Made by a program: the position numbers and the translations under genes. A stretch of 63,999 bases of DNA, the filler included, from Diploschistes diacapsis (Eukaryota), in assembly GCA_023645945.1 (NCBI GenBank). It is 5 parts of 5 records of this genome, joined end to end, with 100 filler letters (N's around TTAATTAATTAA, not from the genome) between each part and the next. Parts side by side here need not be neighbours in the genome. Positions count along the whole stretch, not along the records: positions 26,378 to 39,450 come from JALAIB010000691.1; 4 more parts are not named here. The stretch is one strand, 5' to 3'. Below, one piece after another: positions 26,378 through 37,789 of the stretch; position 1 is the stretch's first letter; the number at the start of each line of letters is the position of its first letter. Under the pieces are notes generated by a model. The model was not told the DNA's origin. It ran no database searches and was given only the letters and a program-made list of their open reading frames with translations.

Positions 26378-26554
26378 CCTTCCAACAACCCCATCCCCAG
26401 CGCCCAGATCCCGCGCTTCCAGACCCTGCGCCTCTCTGCGGGAAACCTTAGGTTCCGACTCCACCTCCACCTCCGGCTCTGCTTCCGGTCGCGGCGCGGC
26501 TTCCCGAGGCCTGCATGCCGGCGCCGAGCGAAAAGGGTCCTAGCCCATGTGCAT

Positions 26555-26742
26555 CTCGGGCCGAGAACAGTGGTTCGTGTTCTTCTAGCTGGCGCCTCGT
26601 GATGCCCGGGTTATCTCGAGGTCGTGGTGGGCTTCGCGGGTGATACTCTCGGGGCGAGAACAGCGTTTCGTGTTCTTCTGCTTAGCGCTTCGTGATGGCT
26701 GGGATATCTCGAGGCTGTGGGTGGCGAGTTTCGCGGTGGGTG
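26555..26742. repeat. Degenerate two-copy tandem repeat, unit about 93 bp
   Basis: ctcgggccgagaacagtggttcgtgttcttct...tatctcgagg (26555) vs ctcggggcgagaacagcgtttcgtgttcttct...tatctcgagg (26648). Confidence 0.75.
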
Positions 26743-27655
26743 CTGTCGTGCTTTTTTTGAGTTTCGTCGCTTGTGCTGGCTCTTTTTGTTTTGCTCGCTA
26801 GGCTCGACGTGCGGGGCGTCTGTGCACTGCTCTGCTGCTGGTGCTTTGCGCCTCTCGAGCCTGGGAAGCGTCTGGGCGGCTGCTTCTCTCTTTTCGATCG
26901 GTGGCGCGCCGCGCTTGATGCTGCGTTCGGTAGCGTCGGAGCTCGTGCCTGTATAGGCTAGGGAATCCGGTGATGCGTCTCTTGAGGTATTTTGAATGGG
27001 GCGCGGGGGAGTAGTGGTGCTTCGCTGTTCATTTTCGGGATGACGGCTGCAATCACGAAGCTGGGCGGCGTTAAGGCGATCATGGAAAGGAGAGAAACCT
27101 CCATGGTGGGAAGAGAAAGGAACAGATAGGAGCTAGCCCTAAAAGAACAAATTGAATTCGCGTCTAGTGAAGGATATCTAAACCTTAAAGGGAAAGAAGA
27201 GAAAGAGTGGAGCTGGCTGCTTGCCCTCTTTATCTGTTATCCATATTGTCAATCTGGGGTCGGGTATGTTAGCGTTGGCTTGATGCTACCTAGACTCCTG
27301 GAGGTAAAAGCTTGAGTTCTCTACAAAGTAACTGTCCAATCGTTTACACTCTTGATGGTGGTCAGGTTGTTTATGGCTTAGTGATGAAAGATAGGGTGAT
27401 CTGGGGTCCGGAACCATCGCTCAGTCATGATCTTTACAGAGATGGTCAGTTTCGACCCTTCAGTTTGGACACAAAAGCGACAGATAGATATCTCATGAGA
27501 ATCTCAATATCTGTGTTGGATGACGTTGTAAGAGTATTCCTTTAGATACGGAGGTAGCTTGGCTGCTTGTTTGAGTTTCGCACAGCCTTGACAGCCAGAT
27601 GGTCGCCAAGACTAGGTCAAGTGCGTTGCTCAGTTGGCTGTGGATCAATCCTCTC

Positions 27656-30514
27656 TTATGGTACTAAACTCTGCATTCTCTCCTTCAAAGTTTCTACGTC
27701 CTCAAACCCAGCTTTCGTCCTCCGCCCGACTACTGATCGAATCGCCATCTTCGCCTTATATCTCCAATTCTTACACACAAGCTCTCCGCTTCCTGCACCC
27801 AACCCCTCCGTGATCTCCTTCTCACCAAGGCTCTCATAAGCATCTACAAGCTCGATCGTAGAGTCCGCGACTTCCTTCCAAGTATCATCCGGAGAGACGT
27901 CCTCCAAGGCGCTTGCTGACGATCCCGCCACGCCGGACCCATCGTCCCAGCCTGGTTTGTTCAGCGCGGTCCTCCAAGCTTTCTCGTACGCCTCGAGTGC
28001 GGATGAGGGCCGATTCTGATGGATCGTAAGCTTTGCGACTAGTTGCCAAAGCCGACGGGACTGTGTAATAAGTGGCACAATGTGTTTCTGGACGAGATCT
28101 GAAAACATGTTCTCTAATCCATATCGCTTCCGAGGTGGCTCGCCATTCGGTGTCGTATTCGTATTAGCCTGTGCAGATCCTGTAGATGTGATGTGCGCGA
28201 GCAAGCCTTCCAATACCTCAATATCAACGCACCCTTCGCCTTCCGTCTTACTTCGGAGCTCAATCAGCCGTTGCTGGGCAAAGATGATATCAGTGTATGG
28301 AGGCGGCGACAAGGTGGCCGCAACGTTGAGCAGGTTCTGCCATATACGGTAGGAGTCGCGCTTGATGGTGGTAGCTCTCTTCAGTGCCGCAAAAGCCTCT
28401 TTCCTCTGTTTTTCTGGATCAGCTTTCTGTATGGGTAAGTCCTCGTCATCCCCGTTAGCCCGAGCGTCTTCTTTTGCAGGCAGCCTCAGCAGCGCTGCGG
28501 CAAGATTGCTCCAGGCTTCTGCATCATCCTCCATAATCTGCACGCTTCGAGTGAAAGCGTACACAGCACCTTTCCAATTCATAGTCTCTAACCGGACGCA
28601 CCCGAGAGAGAACCACGAAGCGCCGTTCTGAGGATTTATGGCAAGCGACTTGGAGTAAGCATCGTCCGCTCTCGGTAAGTCGCGTTTTGCCAAGTAGTAC
28701 TTTCCTAAAGATCTCTGAGCACGAGAGTAGCGCTTATGCGAAACTTCCCATGCTCGTTCGTAGTGCTTCGGCTCTTTCTCGAGATCACCAAGAATGCAGA
28801 ACAGACGAGGAGCATCAGGGGCAAACGGCGAGATTTCACAGCCATTGTAATCCTCTGCTACATCATCATCATCATCACCGTTCCCTACCAGGGAACCTTC
28901 ACCGCTCTTCTCATATAGCAGTTTGCGCACAATCTTACGTGCCTTGTCCTCTCTGTCGGTTGCGGCCCAACACAACGCTGCCTCTGCCCACATCTCCAGC
29001 CGTTCGAATATCTCCAATGCCGTTCGGAGACCACCTAGAGAAACCCATTGCGATGCAAGCTCGGCTTCTAAAGTCCAAGTAAGGGGCGAAGCGAGCTGGT
29101 GTATGTACCTCAAGCGCTCGGACACCGGTGCAGACTCAGACTCCTTCGCTCTAGGCAAAAAGGTTGTGCTCGATTCTGACGTATCGTTTACACTTTTTGA
29201 GCCGGTGACTTCTGCGATGACCTGATCCACTAAAGCCTGTAGCTGCAACACGCCTCGCTCCACCGTCCGAGATCTGTAACTTTCGGTGCGACTTCTGACT
29301 AGCAGTGCTTGCGTATAGACTTGCCAGTTTGTACTGCCACCCTCCAGAACCCTCGTGGCATAAGGCAAAGTTTCCTCACGAGTGAGACCATGCTGCGGGG
29401 AAGTATTCGTGATTGAAGATGCGACAGAGAGAAGGATTATGGAATCCAGCGGGTCTAGTACCGGCTGTTTGGATGGATCTAGATCGGCGAGAGTAGGCGG
29501 TATATCTTCCGCTGGAGTTCTGCTCCCTGCTCCTGAGTTTTTCGTAAAAGAGATTGATTCCAAGAGCGTATCATCATTTAAATTTAGACTCCGCGGTGCT
29601 AATCCTTGCGTTATTTGTACTTTCTGTGCACTGTCTTCTTGCTCGGAATTATTGAGCTCATCCTCCCTCTCGCTCTTTGCGAGTACAACGAGCTGGCTTA
29701 TGTCATTTTGCTGAAATTTCGTTCTCTTTCCAAGATGGCCCGTCAAGATGTACTGGAACTTCCGCATCTGAGTCGCTTGATCTAGGTCATCTCTAGCCTT
29801 CTTGTCCAGGCCATGAAAGGTGTTGATAGCAGCTCGCTCTAGCAAATACAGCACCTTGACGGTAGGGTCATACGAAGATGTGCTACTCAAGATGGAGGAG
29901 TCCAAAAAAGAGATGTCTTGATAGACAAGAGATTGAATGATAGGAGACATCTCATTTAGGAGCTGCTGATGTACAAAATTGACTCTCAATCGAGCCCAGA
30001 CGAACGGTGCTTCTAGAGCATAGACTGAGGGATGATTGAGAACGATCTGTGCGAGAGAAAAGAGCTCCACATACCGAGTAAGGTGATAAGCAGCTTCGCC
30101 ATCAATGGATAAGCTTGCTATGAGAGCTCGTCTTATGTCGGTGGGTTCACCATCGTCGATGCCATGGAAGCACAGCTCCGCCGAGTTCCAGGCCAACGGA
30201 GGCCCGGTGACGTTGGCTTGCAAGAACGCATACAGCGCAGCAAGGGCGACCAGCAGTAACTGTTGTTTTTGAGTTTCGGTCGCCTCATTGCTAGGGTCGG
30301 CGTAAATCGAGACTCGGTCCCTTATTCGCAACAGCCATTTTTCATGCGATTTGTTCTCGACATCAAGCCTCTCCACGCCTAAACTCGGCTCTAATAGGAA
30401 GTTTGCACATCCTGCGCGTAACACGCTTTCGAACTTAGATTCGCGAAGATCGGTTAGGATTTGTTGGTCTTGCTTCATACAATCCAATTCTTGTAGGAAT
30501 GGAATCAAAGACAT
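27656..30514 (-). CDS. EMW1: TPR protein Emw1/TTC27 homolog, single exon, 952 aa
   Basis: FLQANVTGPP, LTGHLGKRTKFQQ..ISQLVVLAKS, LNDDTLLE, NWQVYTQALLVRSR.E..RSRTVERGVLQLQALV and TPR repeats (WFSLGC, EAWSNLA, IWQN). First ATG is 30514. Confidence 0.9.
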   Translation of the reverse strand: MSLIPFLQELDCMKQDQQILTDLRESKFESVLRAGCANFLLEPSLGVERLDVENKSHEKWLLRIRDRVSIYADPSNEATETQKQQLLLVALAALYAFLQANVTGPPLAWNSAELCFHGIDDGEPTDIRRALIASLSIDGEAAYHLTRYVELFSLAQIVLNHPSVYALEAPFVWARLRVNFVHQQLLNEMSPIIQSLVYQDISFLDSSILSSTSSYDPTVKVLYLLERAAINTFHGLDKKARDDLDQATQMRKFQYILTGHLGKRTKFQQNDISQLVVLAKSEREDELNNSEQEDSAQKVQITQGLAPRSLNLNDDTLLESISFTKNSGAGSRTPAEDIPPTLADLDPSKQPVLDPLDSIILLSVASSITNTSPQHGLTREETLPYATRVLEGGSTNWQVYTQALLVRSRTESYRSRTVERGVLQLQALVDQVIAEVTGSKSVNDTSESSTTFLPRAKESESAPVSERLRYIHQLASPLTWTLEAELASQWVSLGGLRTALEIFERLEMWAEAALCWAATDREDKARKIVRKLLYEKSGEGSLVGNGDDDDDVAEDYNGCEISPFAPDAPRLFCILGDLEKEPKHYERAWEVSHKRYSRAQRSLGKYYLAKRDLPRADDAYSKSLAINPQNGASWFSLGCVRLETMNWKGAVYAFTRSVQIMEDDAEAWSNLAAALLRLPAKEDARANGDDEDLPIQKADPEKQRKEAFAALKRATTIKRDSYRIWQNLLNVAATLSPPPYTDIIFAQQRLIELRSKTEGEGCVDIEVLEGLLAHITSTGSAQANTNTTPNGEPPRKRYGLENMFSDLVQKHIVPLITQSRRLWQLVAKLTIHQNRPSSALEAYEKAWRTALNKPGWDDGSGVAGSSASALEDVSPDDTWKEVADSTIELVDAYESLGEKEITEGLGAGSGELVCKNWRYKAKMAIRSVVGRRTKAGFEDVETLKERMQSLVP

Positions 30515-31201
30515 GGCCCACGTCTTTACTTTGTGTAAAGAAAACTTTAGGCCAAAATACAAAGATATCTGAATAATGATGTTCCAGCTACCTATTAGGA
30601 AGCTACCCTTTGAACGACACCACAACTGTCACTAGGGGAGGGATGAGGGTAATATTGGTACTTCTCGTTGACGCTCTTCACTAATCGATCTTCTTATGCT
30701 CTAATGCTTTGTTTCTCGATCATACTCCGTTCCACTCACTATACTTAAACTCGGATTTGCACTCGTGTATCCTTATCACCGAAGCCCTTAGCCCCGTCAG
30801 TCAGCGCCTTATGTCCGACATCTATCACCTCTCACAACGGGTAAGGGAAGACCCCATCCAGGAGCTTGAGGTTGAGCAGAGCTAGCCTAAGACGTACGTA
30901 GCATGGGCTCGTAAGGCCAGAATGCTGTACCTAGGTACCATAAGTGTGCCAGTAAACCAATTTGAGGAAAACAGCTGGCTCCTAAACCCGCCCGATAAGG
31001 GTTATCTCCCAAGCTGTCTCCAGCCCCGTCATCATTTGGGTTCATGGACGCTCAAATAAGAATTCAGAACTATATATTGCTGGCTCGACACTCGCCACGA
31101 TCCAAGGAGAATACTGGCCATCGCACTCCATCATTCAAATATCGTCATCAGTTAGATCTATACTAGCCTTTCGTATTCTTGCCAAAACAGCCTTTTCCAA
31201 A

Positions 31202-32315
31202 ATGCCCTCTAACCAAGCAGCCTATCTCACTGGCAGCGGCGAGCGACCTTTTGTCGTCAAGGATGCACCCTACTTCTCACCAGGTGCCGGTAGAGTAACG
31301 ATCAAGAACCGTGCTGTGGCCATAAACCCTGCCGACTATGGAATGCAAGACAGCGGCCTGTTCATCAAACATTGGCCACATGTACGTCGCAGGTCTGTCT
31401 GAGGCCGTCCTAGTCTTTTTTCAAGCTGATTCAGATGTTCCATACCAGATCCTTGGCTGTGATATTGCAGGAACCATCGTCGAGGTGGGGGCCGATGTGA
31501 CTCACGTGAAAGTAGGAGATCACGTCGCGGGCATGACTGCTGGAGATGTAGAGCCCACGGCAGACGGTTCTTTCGAATTTGTTATACCAGCTGGGGCAGG
31601 AGGGTTCCAGTTGTTCAGTGTGGCTACCGCGCAGTACCTGATCAAACTCCCCGAACACATTTCTTTCGAGGAAGGGAGTGTGCTGCCGCTCGGAACATTG
31701 ACGGCAGCATCAGCACTGTATTTGCCGCAGTTCCTTGGGCTGACTTGGCCATCGATGGACGTGAAAGGACGGGAGGAATACCTGCTCGTTTGGGGTGGCG
31801 CTTCCAGTGTCGGTAGCTGTGGTATTCAGCTTGCTATCAACAGCGGGTACCGAGTCGTAACAACTTGCTCAGCAGCCAACGCAGCCTACTGTGGGGATCT
31901 TGGAGCAGAACAAATTTTCGATTACAAAAACGACGCTGTTGTCGAGGAAATCGTTGGATTCTTGAAGATAAAGAAAATCGCTGGCATATTTGATTCGATC
32001 TCCAAAAACGACACAATCGAGAAATGTGTGGAGCTTGCTCGGAAATTGGAGGGGTCGCCGAAGGTTTTGGTGGTTCAGCCATTCGCCGACAAAGGACATC
32101 CTCCAGAGGTCAGAATTACCGCTGTCATGGAGCATTTGAAGCAGGCCAATGCTTTGAAGATCTTCGCTAGCTTCTTGCCGGAGGCCCTCCAGAATGGAAA
32201 GTTCAAGGCCAAGCCTGATCCTCTGATCGTGGGACATGGTCTAGAGCACGCTCAGAAGGGCTGCGACACCTCGAAGGCCGGTGTCAGCGCTAGGAAAGCT
32301 GTGATCACTTTGTAA
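31202..32315 (+). CDS. MDR-family enoyl-reductase-like / zinc-binding oxidoreductase (CipB/LovC-like); exons 31202-31381, 31449-32315
   Basis: NRAVAINPAD, intron 31382-31448 (GTACGT...CTGAT...CAG), ILGCDIAGTIVEVG, LLVWGGASSVG..GIQLA, LGAEQIFDYK, KAKPDPLIVGHGLE and GVSARKAVI. Confidence 0.88.
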
Positions 32316-32780
32316 TTCGCACACCGCTGTCTCCGGAAATGGAAGCAGTATGGATCTTTGTAAGGCATCTTCCTTCCTTTACCTAGGGAAGACGTTGCTC
32401 GGCACGCTTGTACATTAGGTTCCCTGGACAATTGGGTTGGCTCCAGATGGCCATGTGACGAGCAATGGAAGACTTTGCAGTGAATGAAGCTCTCCTGTAT
32501 CTTAAGTCTTTGTACCGAAAAGGACCGATAGTAGTTGTATCGCTAGATATTGAGGTCCTTTCCAGGCTTACCATTCTCCGAGCGATTATACCATTGAGCC
32601 AGCGCCATAGATCAATACACAGTTGTACCAGCGGGCAGATCTGTCGGGCATGTTATTCGCTCTGCCCATTTTCAATCCTGGTGACTGAATTTCTTGGGGC
32701 GGCAGAGGTGAATAAACGATTCGGAAGCTTGAGGTATCTTCTGGAAGTAAAAGTCAGCCCGCATGTTCAAGCCTCGAAGG

Positions 32781-33222
32781 CTATGCTTCCCTGCCACGAT
32801 AGATCCTCTTCCACCATTTTCTTCCCGAATATATAGCGTATTCCCATTTCATCTCTATTGTGCTGAAGCCTACTGTTTTGTTCGGCATGCGAACTCCTTC
32901 AGGAACATCTTGCAGGCTTCGATACTTATGTGGGTCCTCTTCCTCGAGCTCGATAATCCTGCAAGCCACATGTGATACGACGTCGCTTCTCCAGGAGGTC
33001 TTCCTGCCTGTCTGCGGAGCGTGGTACGGCAAGGGCTTTGCGACGAACGACGGTAACGCGGCAACGAGCGGCGACAGTATACAAATGAACGTTGATGCCG
33101 GAATCGAGGGAAAAGCACGGAAATAATGCCTGCAGCATGATCGACGATTTCCTTAAGGTAGGCATTGTGTCATCGAACCAGCAATGACCGACTTCTCTCT
33201 CTAGACTATCAGTCGCAAACAT
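32781..33222 (-). pseudogene. Frameshifted remnant of the C-terminal domain of a fungal C6 transcription factor
   Basis: One frame reads FSLDSGINVHLYTVAARCRVTVVRRKALAVPRSADRQEDL and a shifted frame continues WRSDVVSHVACRIIELEE. Together they fit the common FSLDxGIxxxLYxVAxKCRxxxxRRxAxxLLxxxxRxEGxWDS...AxRIIELEE motif. No intact upstream exon found. Confidence 0.6.
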
Positions 33223-33665
33223 TAGAACTGTCTAAGAAGGAAGTTAATAAAACTATTCTCGTTTTATCATATGGAAAAACTTGATGTTACAAAATCTTCC
33301 CCTTTCGGAAACAGGCCCCTTTCCTGCAGCATATTCCCCCTCTCAATCGGCCGCTCCAGATAGCGCATCAGACTGACCCTCATTGCTTGACTCGTCCAAA
33401 CCATTTTGCCAGATGACCTACCACGAGCTCCGTCAAAGGATAGGATTTACCGTGCTTGAATGAATTCACTTGTAACAACTTGGGCAGATTTACCTTCACC
33501 CTATTTTCGAGTCTTTCAAAAAAACTGGGTCTGGTTTGCAGGGTGGACGCGGTCTTCAGATGCAGTTTTTCGGAGACAGGGAGATAGATACCTGACCTCG
33601 TCAACCTCTTGTTTCTGCTGGCGCTCTCCGAGTGCTTCATATTAACCCTCTTTCCTCCTCTCGCC

Positions 33666-35348
33666 ATGGCTCCCAGGCTCACATATGCAACCGGGCAGAG
33701 TCTTGCAAAAGGTATCTACCCAGCCCCTCTTCCCTTAGCCTGCCATACTGATGGTTTTGAGGGAAACCATCTATGGGCATTCGAAAACGCAAGAAGACCA
33801 CTACTCCCAACAAGTCCTCGCCAACTCGGGCCAGTCGTCTGCGCAGCACCTTGAACGGCAATCTTATCCCTCCTATCGATCAAATACAAGCAAATAGAAT
33901 CATCAGTCGATTCCTTAGTCGCCGAAGCCAATCAACTGAAGCCTGCTCAACCTCTTTCGAAGACGCCCGAGAATGAATCTGGACGAGGTTCCACGCTCCC
34001 AAGGACGGAAACGGAAACGCGGACTGGCAGAGGAGGAACCGCACAAACGACAACAGGCGACTTTACTGTCTACAGACAAGCCACCTGTAGCTTTCACACC
34101 CCTTAACAAGAAGGATCTGGCGGAGTTGAACAAGCTCAATTGCGAGAAAGACCCGGAAGCATTCGACGGCATGTTGAAGAACAAGCGATCCCGGTCGTAA
34201 TCAAGCACCACGGACAAATCCGAGGACACCATCACGACAGTCTCCGCATCCACCCACAAGTCGTCACTCTCACTGTCTAATTACCGCTTGATAACACTCG
34301 ACCGTCAGAGAATTGTTTTTCAGCATAATAATATGCCCGAGCATGTTCAGACGCGCCTCGATTTTATAATGCAGTCTCCATTCTCAGAGGACGACAAGCG
34401 CGAGGTCACTGCAATCGCGAAGTCCTTGTGCGATGAGTTTGCATGTCGTGAAGAGGACTCTGTCGTACAGATCTTTCATGCTCTAGAATCATTAAACAAA
34501 AAGCTTCTAGGTCAAACCTATGCCATTCGTAGGAAAGCTGGTAAGGCATCAAAACCGTACAAGCCGTATCGCTGGCTCACATTGTCTCAGATTGGGATCC
34601 GGCCCTAAAACCCACCGTTCAACGGCGACGCTATGGCACTGTTCTTCTAGCCAAGCCTCCTAATGATGGGAAAAGTGCTTTTGACAAGTCAAGTAAGGAG
34701 CGGCAGCCTTATATGATGCCAGACGGATCAGCATCGACGATGCCGCCGCCTCCATGTCCGCCCAAGCAAGACGCCAGCGGCGTCAAGACTCCTTGTCCAG
34801 ACATAACGATAGGACTGCACCATGACATCGTTGCTGCAAAACTGGAATCCGTGGGCGTCCCCAAGCCTCATGCCGACGAGCTTTTAAAGGATCTTCAATA
34901 CGATAAAGCACTCATATCGTGCCCCGCGCAGGCCGCCTTGCGCCTTCGATTCCCCCCACTCGTCGTTGAAGGGAAATCTTATGCCACGGGCAAGACCTTG
35001 TACGAGGCGCAGAACCAGGCCGCAGTCTCTGGAAGCATGATGCTTGTAATACAGAACAAGCTCTCCGATCTCGCCAAAAGTCATTCCCCAAGCTATCCTC
35101 TGGCCTTCTCAATTTGCAGCGAAGGCCCTGTAATGGAACTTTGGGTCCATTACAATACCTCCGATACGGGTATACGCTACTACAACATGCACTTCCTCCA
35201 AGTCGGGCACGCGTCTTCTCCAGATACGGTGGTGGCGTTCTTCCTGACAGTACTACGTATTATGCGATGGGTCAAATCGCCTGTCCTAGATGGCATCGCG
35301 GATATGCTTTTGGGGGTGTGGAAGGCTTCTTCAGACATTCTTATGTAG
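33666..35348 (+). pseudogene. Disrupted gene for a fungal hypothetical protein with a PD-(D/E)xK-like motif
   Basis: C-terminal KTPCPDITIGL...FPPLVVEGKSYATGKTLYEAQNQAAVSGS...AFSICSEGPVMELWVHY. Intron 34541-34590 joins the frames. There is an in-frame TAA at 34198-34200 with the frame open on both sides, and an apparent frameshift near 33973. Confidence 0.6.
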
Positions 35349-35764
35349 CATACTATCTGTAGTTTTCACAAGCCATTCAACAAATTAGGAATCAGAAAAT
35401 GATTACAAAAGATGTAACAATACTCGAGGCTTCAATATCGCACTCAACAAGCACATCGCACGAGAGCGGCTTTTGCGGAGGACTGGGGCCCGCGGCTTTG
35501 AAGCATGTCCTTTTAGGACCGAAGCTCACAAACGGGACAGCGAATCCTCTTTACGCCGCTATCTCTGCAAGAGACCGAGTATGGGCGAGGGGTTTGTGCT
35601 CTTGAGAAGCTTCTTCATTTTCTCCTGGATTGGGGCTTACTCCGTTATCAGGAAGTTCACCGCAGAAGTCCCGTTTGACTAGCTTCCAGGGACCTTCCGT
35701 TATCAAAAATGATCTATCGACCTAGGTATTTAACGCTTGGACTAAGTTCCCTTTACACCTGACT

Positions 35765-37789
35765 CTATATCTGATTGCCTAACCAAACGGTGGACCCCGG
35801 ATCGAAATCTGTGGTCTGCAAGATATCATTAAATTCGAAGTCATTGAAGAGCTCCTGCTCGTCGAGTTCTTGAGCTGCCAAGATATTCTCATAACCTTCC
35901 AACCAAGCGTTCGATATGCTCGAGCGGGCCTGGATCGTGGAGTAGGCCATTTGCAGACTATCCTTAGCACCCTGCTGTTGCAGCGAGGTGCCAGCTTTCA
36001 TGCACTCGGCCTGACTCAGGACAATGCTGAGCTTCATATGCAGCCTCACGTTGGTTTCGCCGAGCTGCATACGCTGCGCTAGCTGCCAGCATGCCTCTCT
36101 TACGGCATCTATCAACATTCTCTTATAGCTTGATAGCCCCCGCACGGATGGACTTACTCCTGTTCTTCAGCTTCAATAAGAAGCTCTGAGGCCAGGGCTA
36201 AGGATACATGGACCATGCGATTTTTGAAGATGCCACCGCCAAGCAGCATGAGACGACAGAATCCTCATCCGGCAACGGTGAAATTAAGGTCGTAGCGGAG
36301 TCGAAACAGATCTTCCTGGAAGAAAAGAACGCAAAATTTGTGCGAGCCTGACTCGCAAAAGGGTGATGCAAGCTAATGCAGGAAGCGGCGAAAGAAAAAG
36401 ATCTGCCAGATTACTTTTGAAAACCTCGCCTTCAGTCTCACTACCTTTCTTAATGTGACTGCTGCATTCACGACAAGCATTGCTGATTCCTGTGGTTAGA
36501 ATAAAAAATTCACCGTATGACATATCCGAGCAGATACCATTCATGCGCCGGGGTATCTCGAGCTTTGGGCGCAGGCATCCGAATAAGAAACGCTGCAAAG
36601 ATGTATCTGTTACTGCTGTTTCTGGGCACTGCTCGAGGACTTCCGTGTGATGGGGAAGGTCCCTATCATCAATTTTGATGGAGCATCTGTGTCAAAGTCA
36701 TCGAACGAAAGGTTTGCTGGCATTCCTACATCTGCTGATGCTTGTACGTTCATCTCCAGTATGATGGCCCAGAGTCTTCGCCGAATCTCACCCTGCCTGC
36801 CTTAAGGGAAAGCGGACAAATCAGCATTGTTCAAACAGACTATCAAGAATTATAGCTCACAGCATAGTCATTCTCGTCAAATGCTTTAGGTCAAGATTGA
36901 TCCATTTGCATGGCTGTGCGAACAAGAGTACCCATTGCGATCCAGATGAGATCCCCACCGACAGCCAGAGTTTGACGGGCAATAATCAGCAGACACTGCA
37001 CCTGCAGTCCACTGATGCTCAATCAATCTTTTTCCATCGGGCCGGACAGCCAGTTCTATGCAGCATGTATGATTTCAAGCGCCTAGTGACTTCATCATCT
37101 GCGGAATTACGTGTTTCACTACTAAGGAATGCGGCTATTTTTCTTGACTTTGATTATGAATAGACATTGACGGTAACAGGTACCAGGCGCCAGGCTTACC
37201 TCATGAGCAGCGTTGCTCCAGTGACTCTGACCGAGTAGACGGACTTATTTAGCACGACCCGTCTACCTTACGATAGGTGCTTGGCAGCAAAGACGCTTGG
37301 TGGCTCCGGATCATGGGCCTTGTCAACAGCCTGGCCCGCAGCAAAAGCAGAGAGCAATTGCTCGAGTGACCGAACCCGGCGGCTGAGCTCTTTCACGTCG
37401 GTGTTTTCGTCCAGAGCCAGACTTGAACTATGTGCCAGCGACAGGCTTTCTCCTTTGCCCTCATCCTCACGAGGACTGACTTGTATTGACATGGACTTCG
37501 CCAGATTGCTGCAACGTGCTGAGCCCCTGACCAGGACTAGTCTCCGGCACCTGAGGCGGCGTACTGTGGGGGGTCACTAAGCAAGCTGGCGCATGGGGCG
37601 CTTCGAAGGATGCAGCAGCTCGAACAGGCTCAGGACTGTAGATAAATGGCATTCTCGACAGTAGCAGTGGCTACACGGCTCCTCTCGATCGCACTTCACT
37701 TTGCGCCAGCGGCATTCACGGCAGGAACGGGCGAATCGGCGCCGGCTGCGTGGAGCTTTGGCAGCAGCCTCCACGCTAGAAGACGGCAT
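35765..37789 (-). pseudogene. Zn(II)2Cys6 transcription factor pseudogene
   Basis: SCRECRWRKVKCDREEPCSHC shifts frame before the sixth Cys position (continuation MPFIYSPEP). Fungal_trans remnants QVQCLLIIARQ...LVRTAMQM and EIRRRLWAIILEMNVQAS..GMP...DFDT.AP are broken by further frameshifts and stops. Confidence 0.8.
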
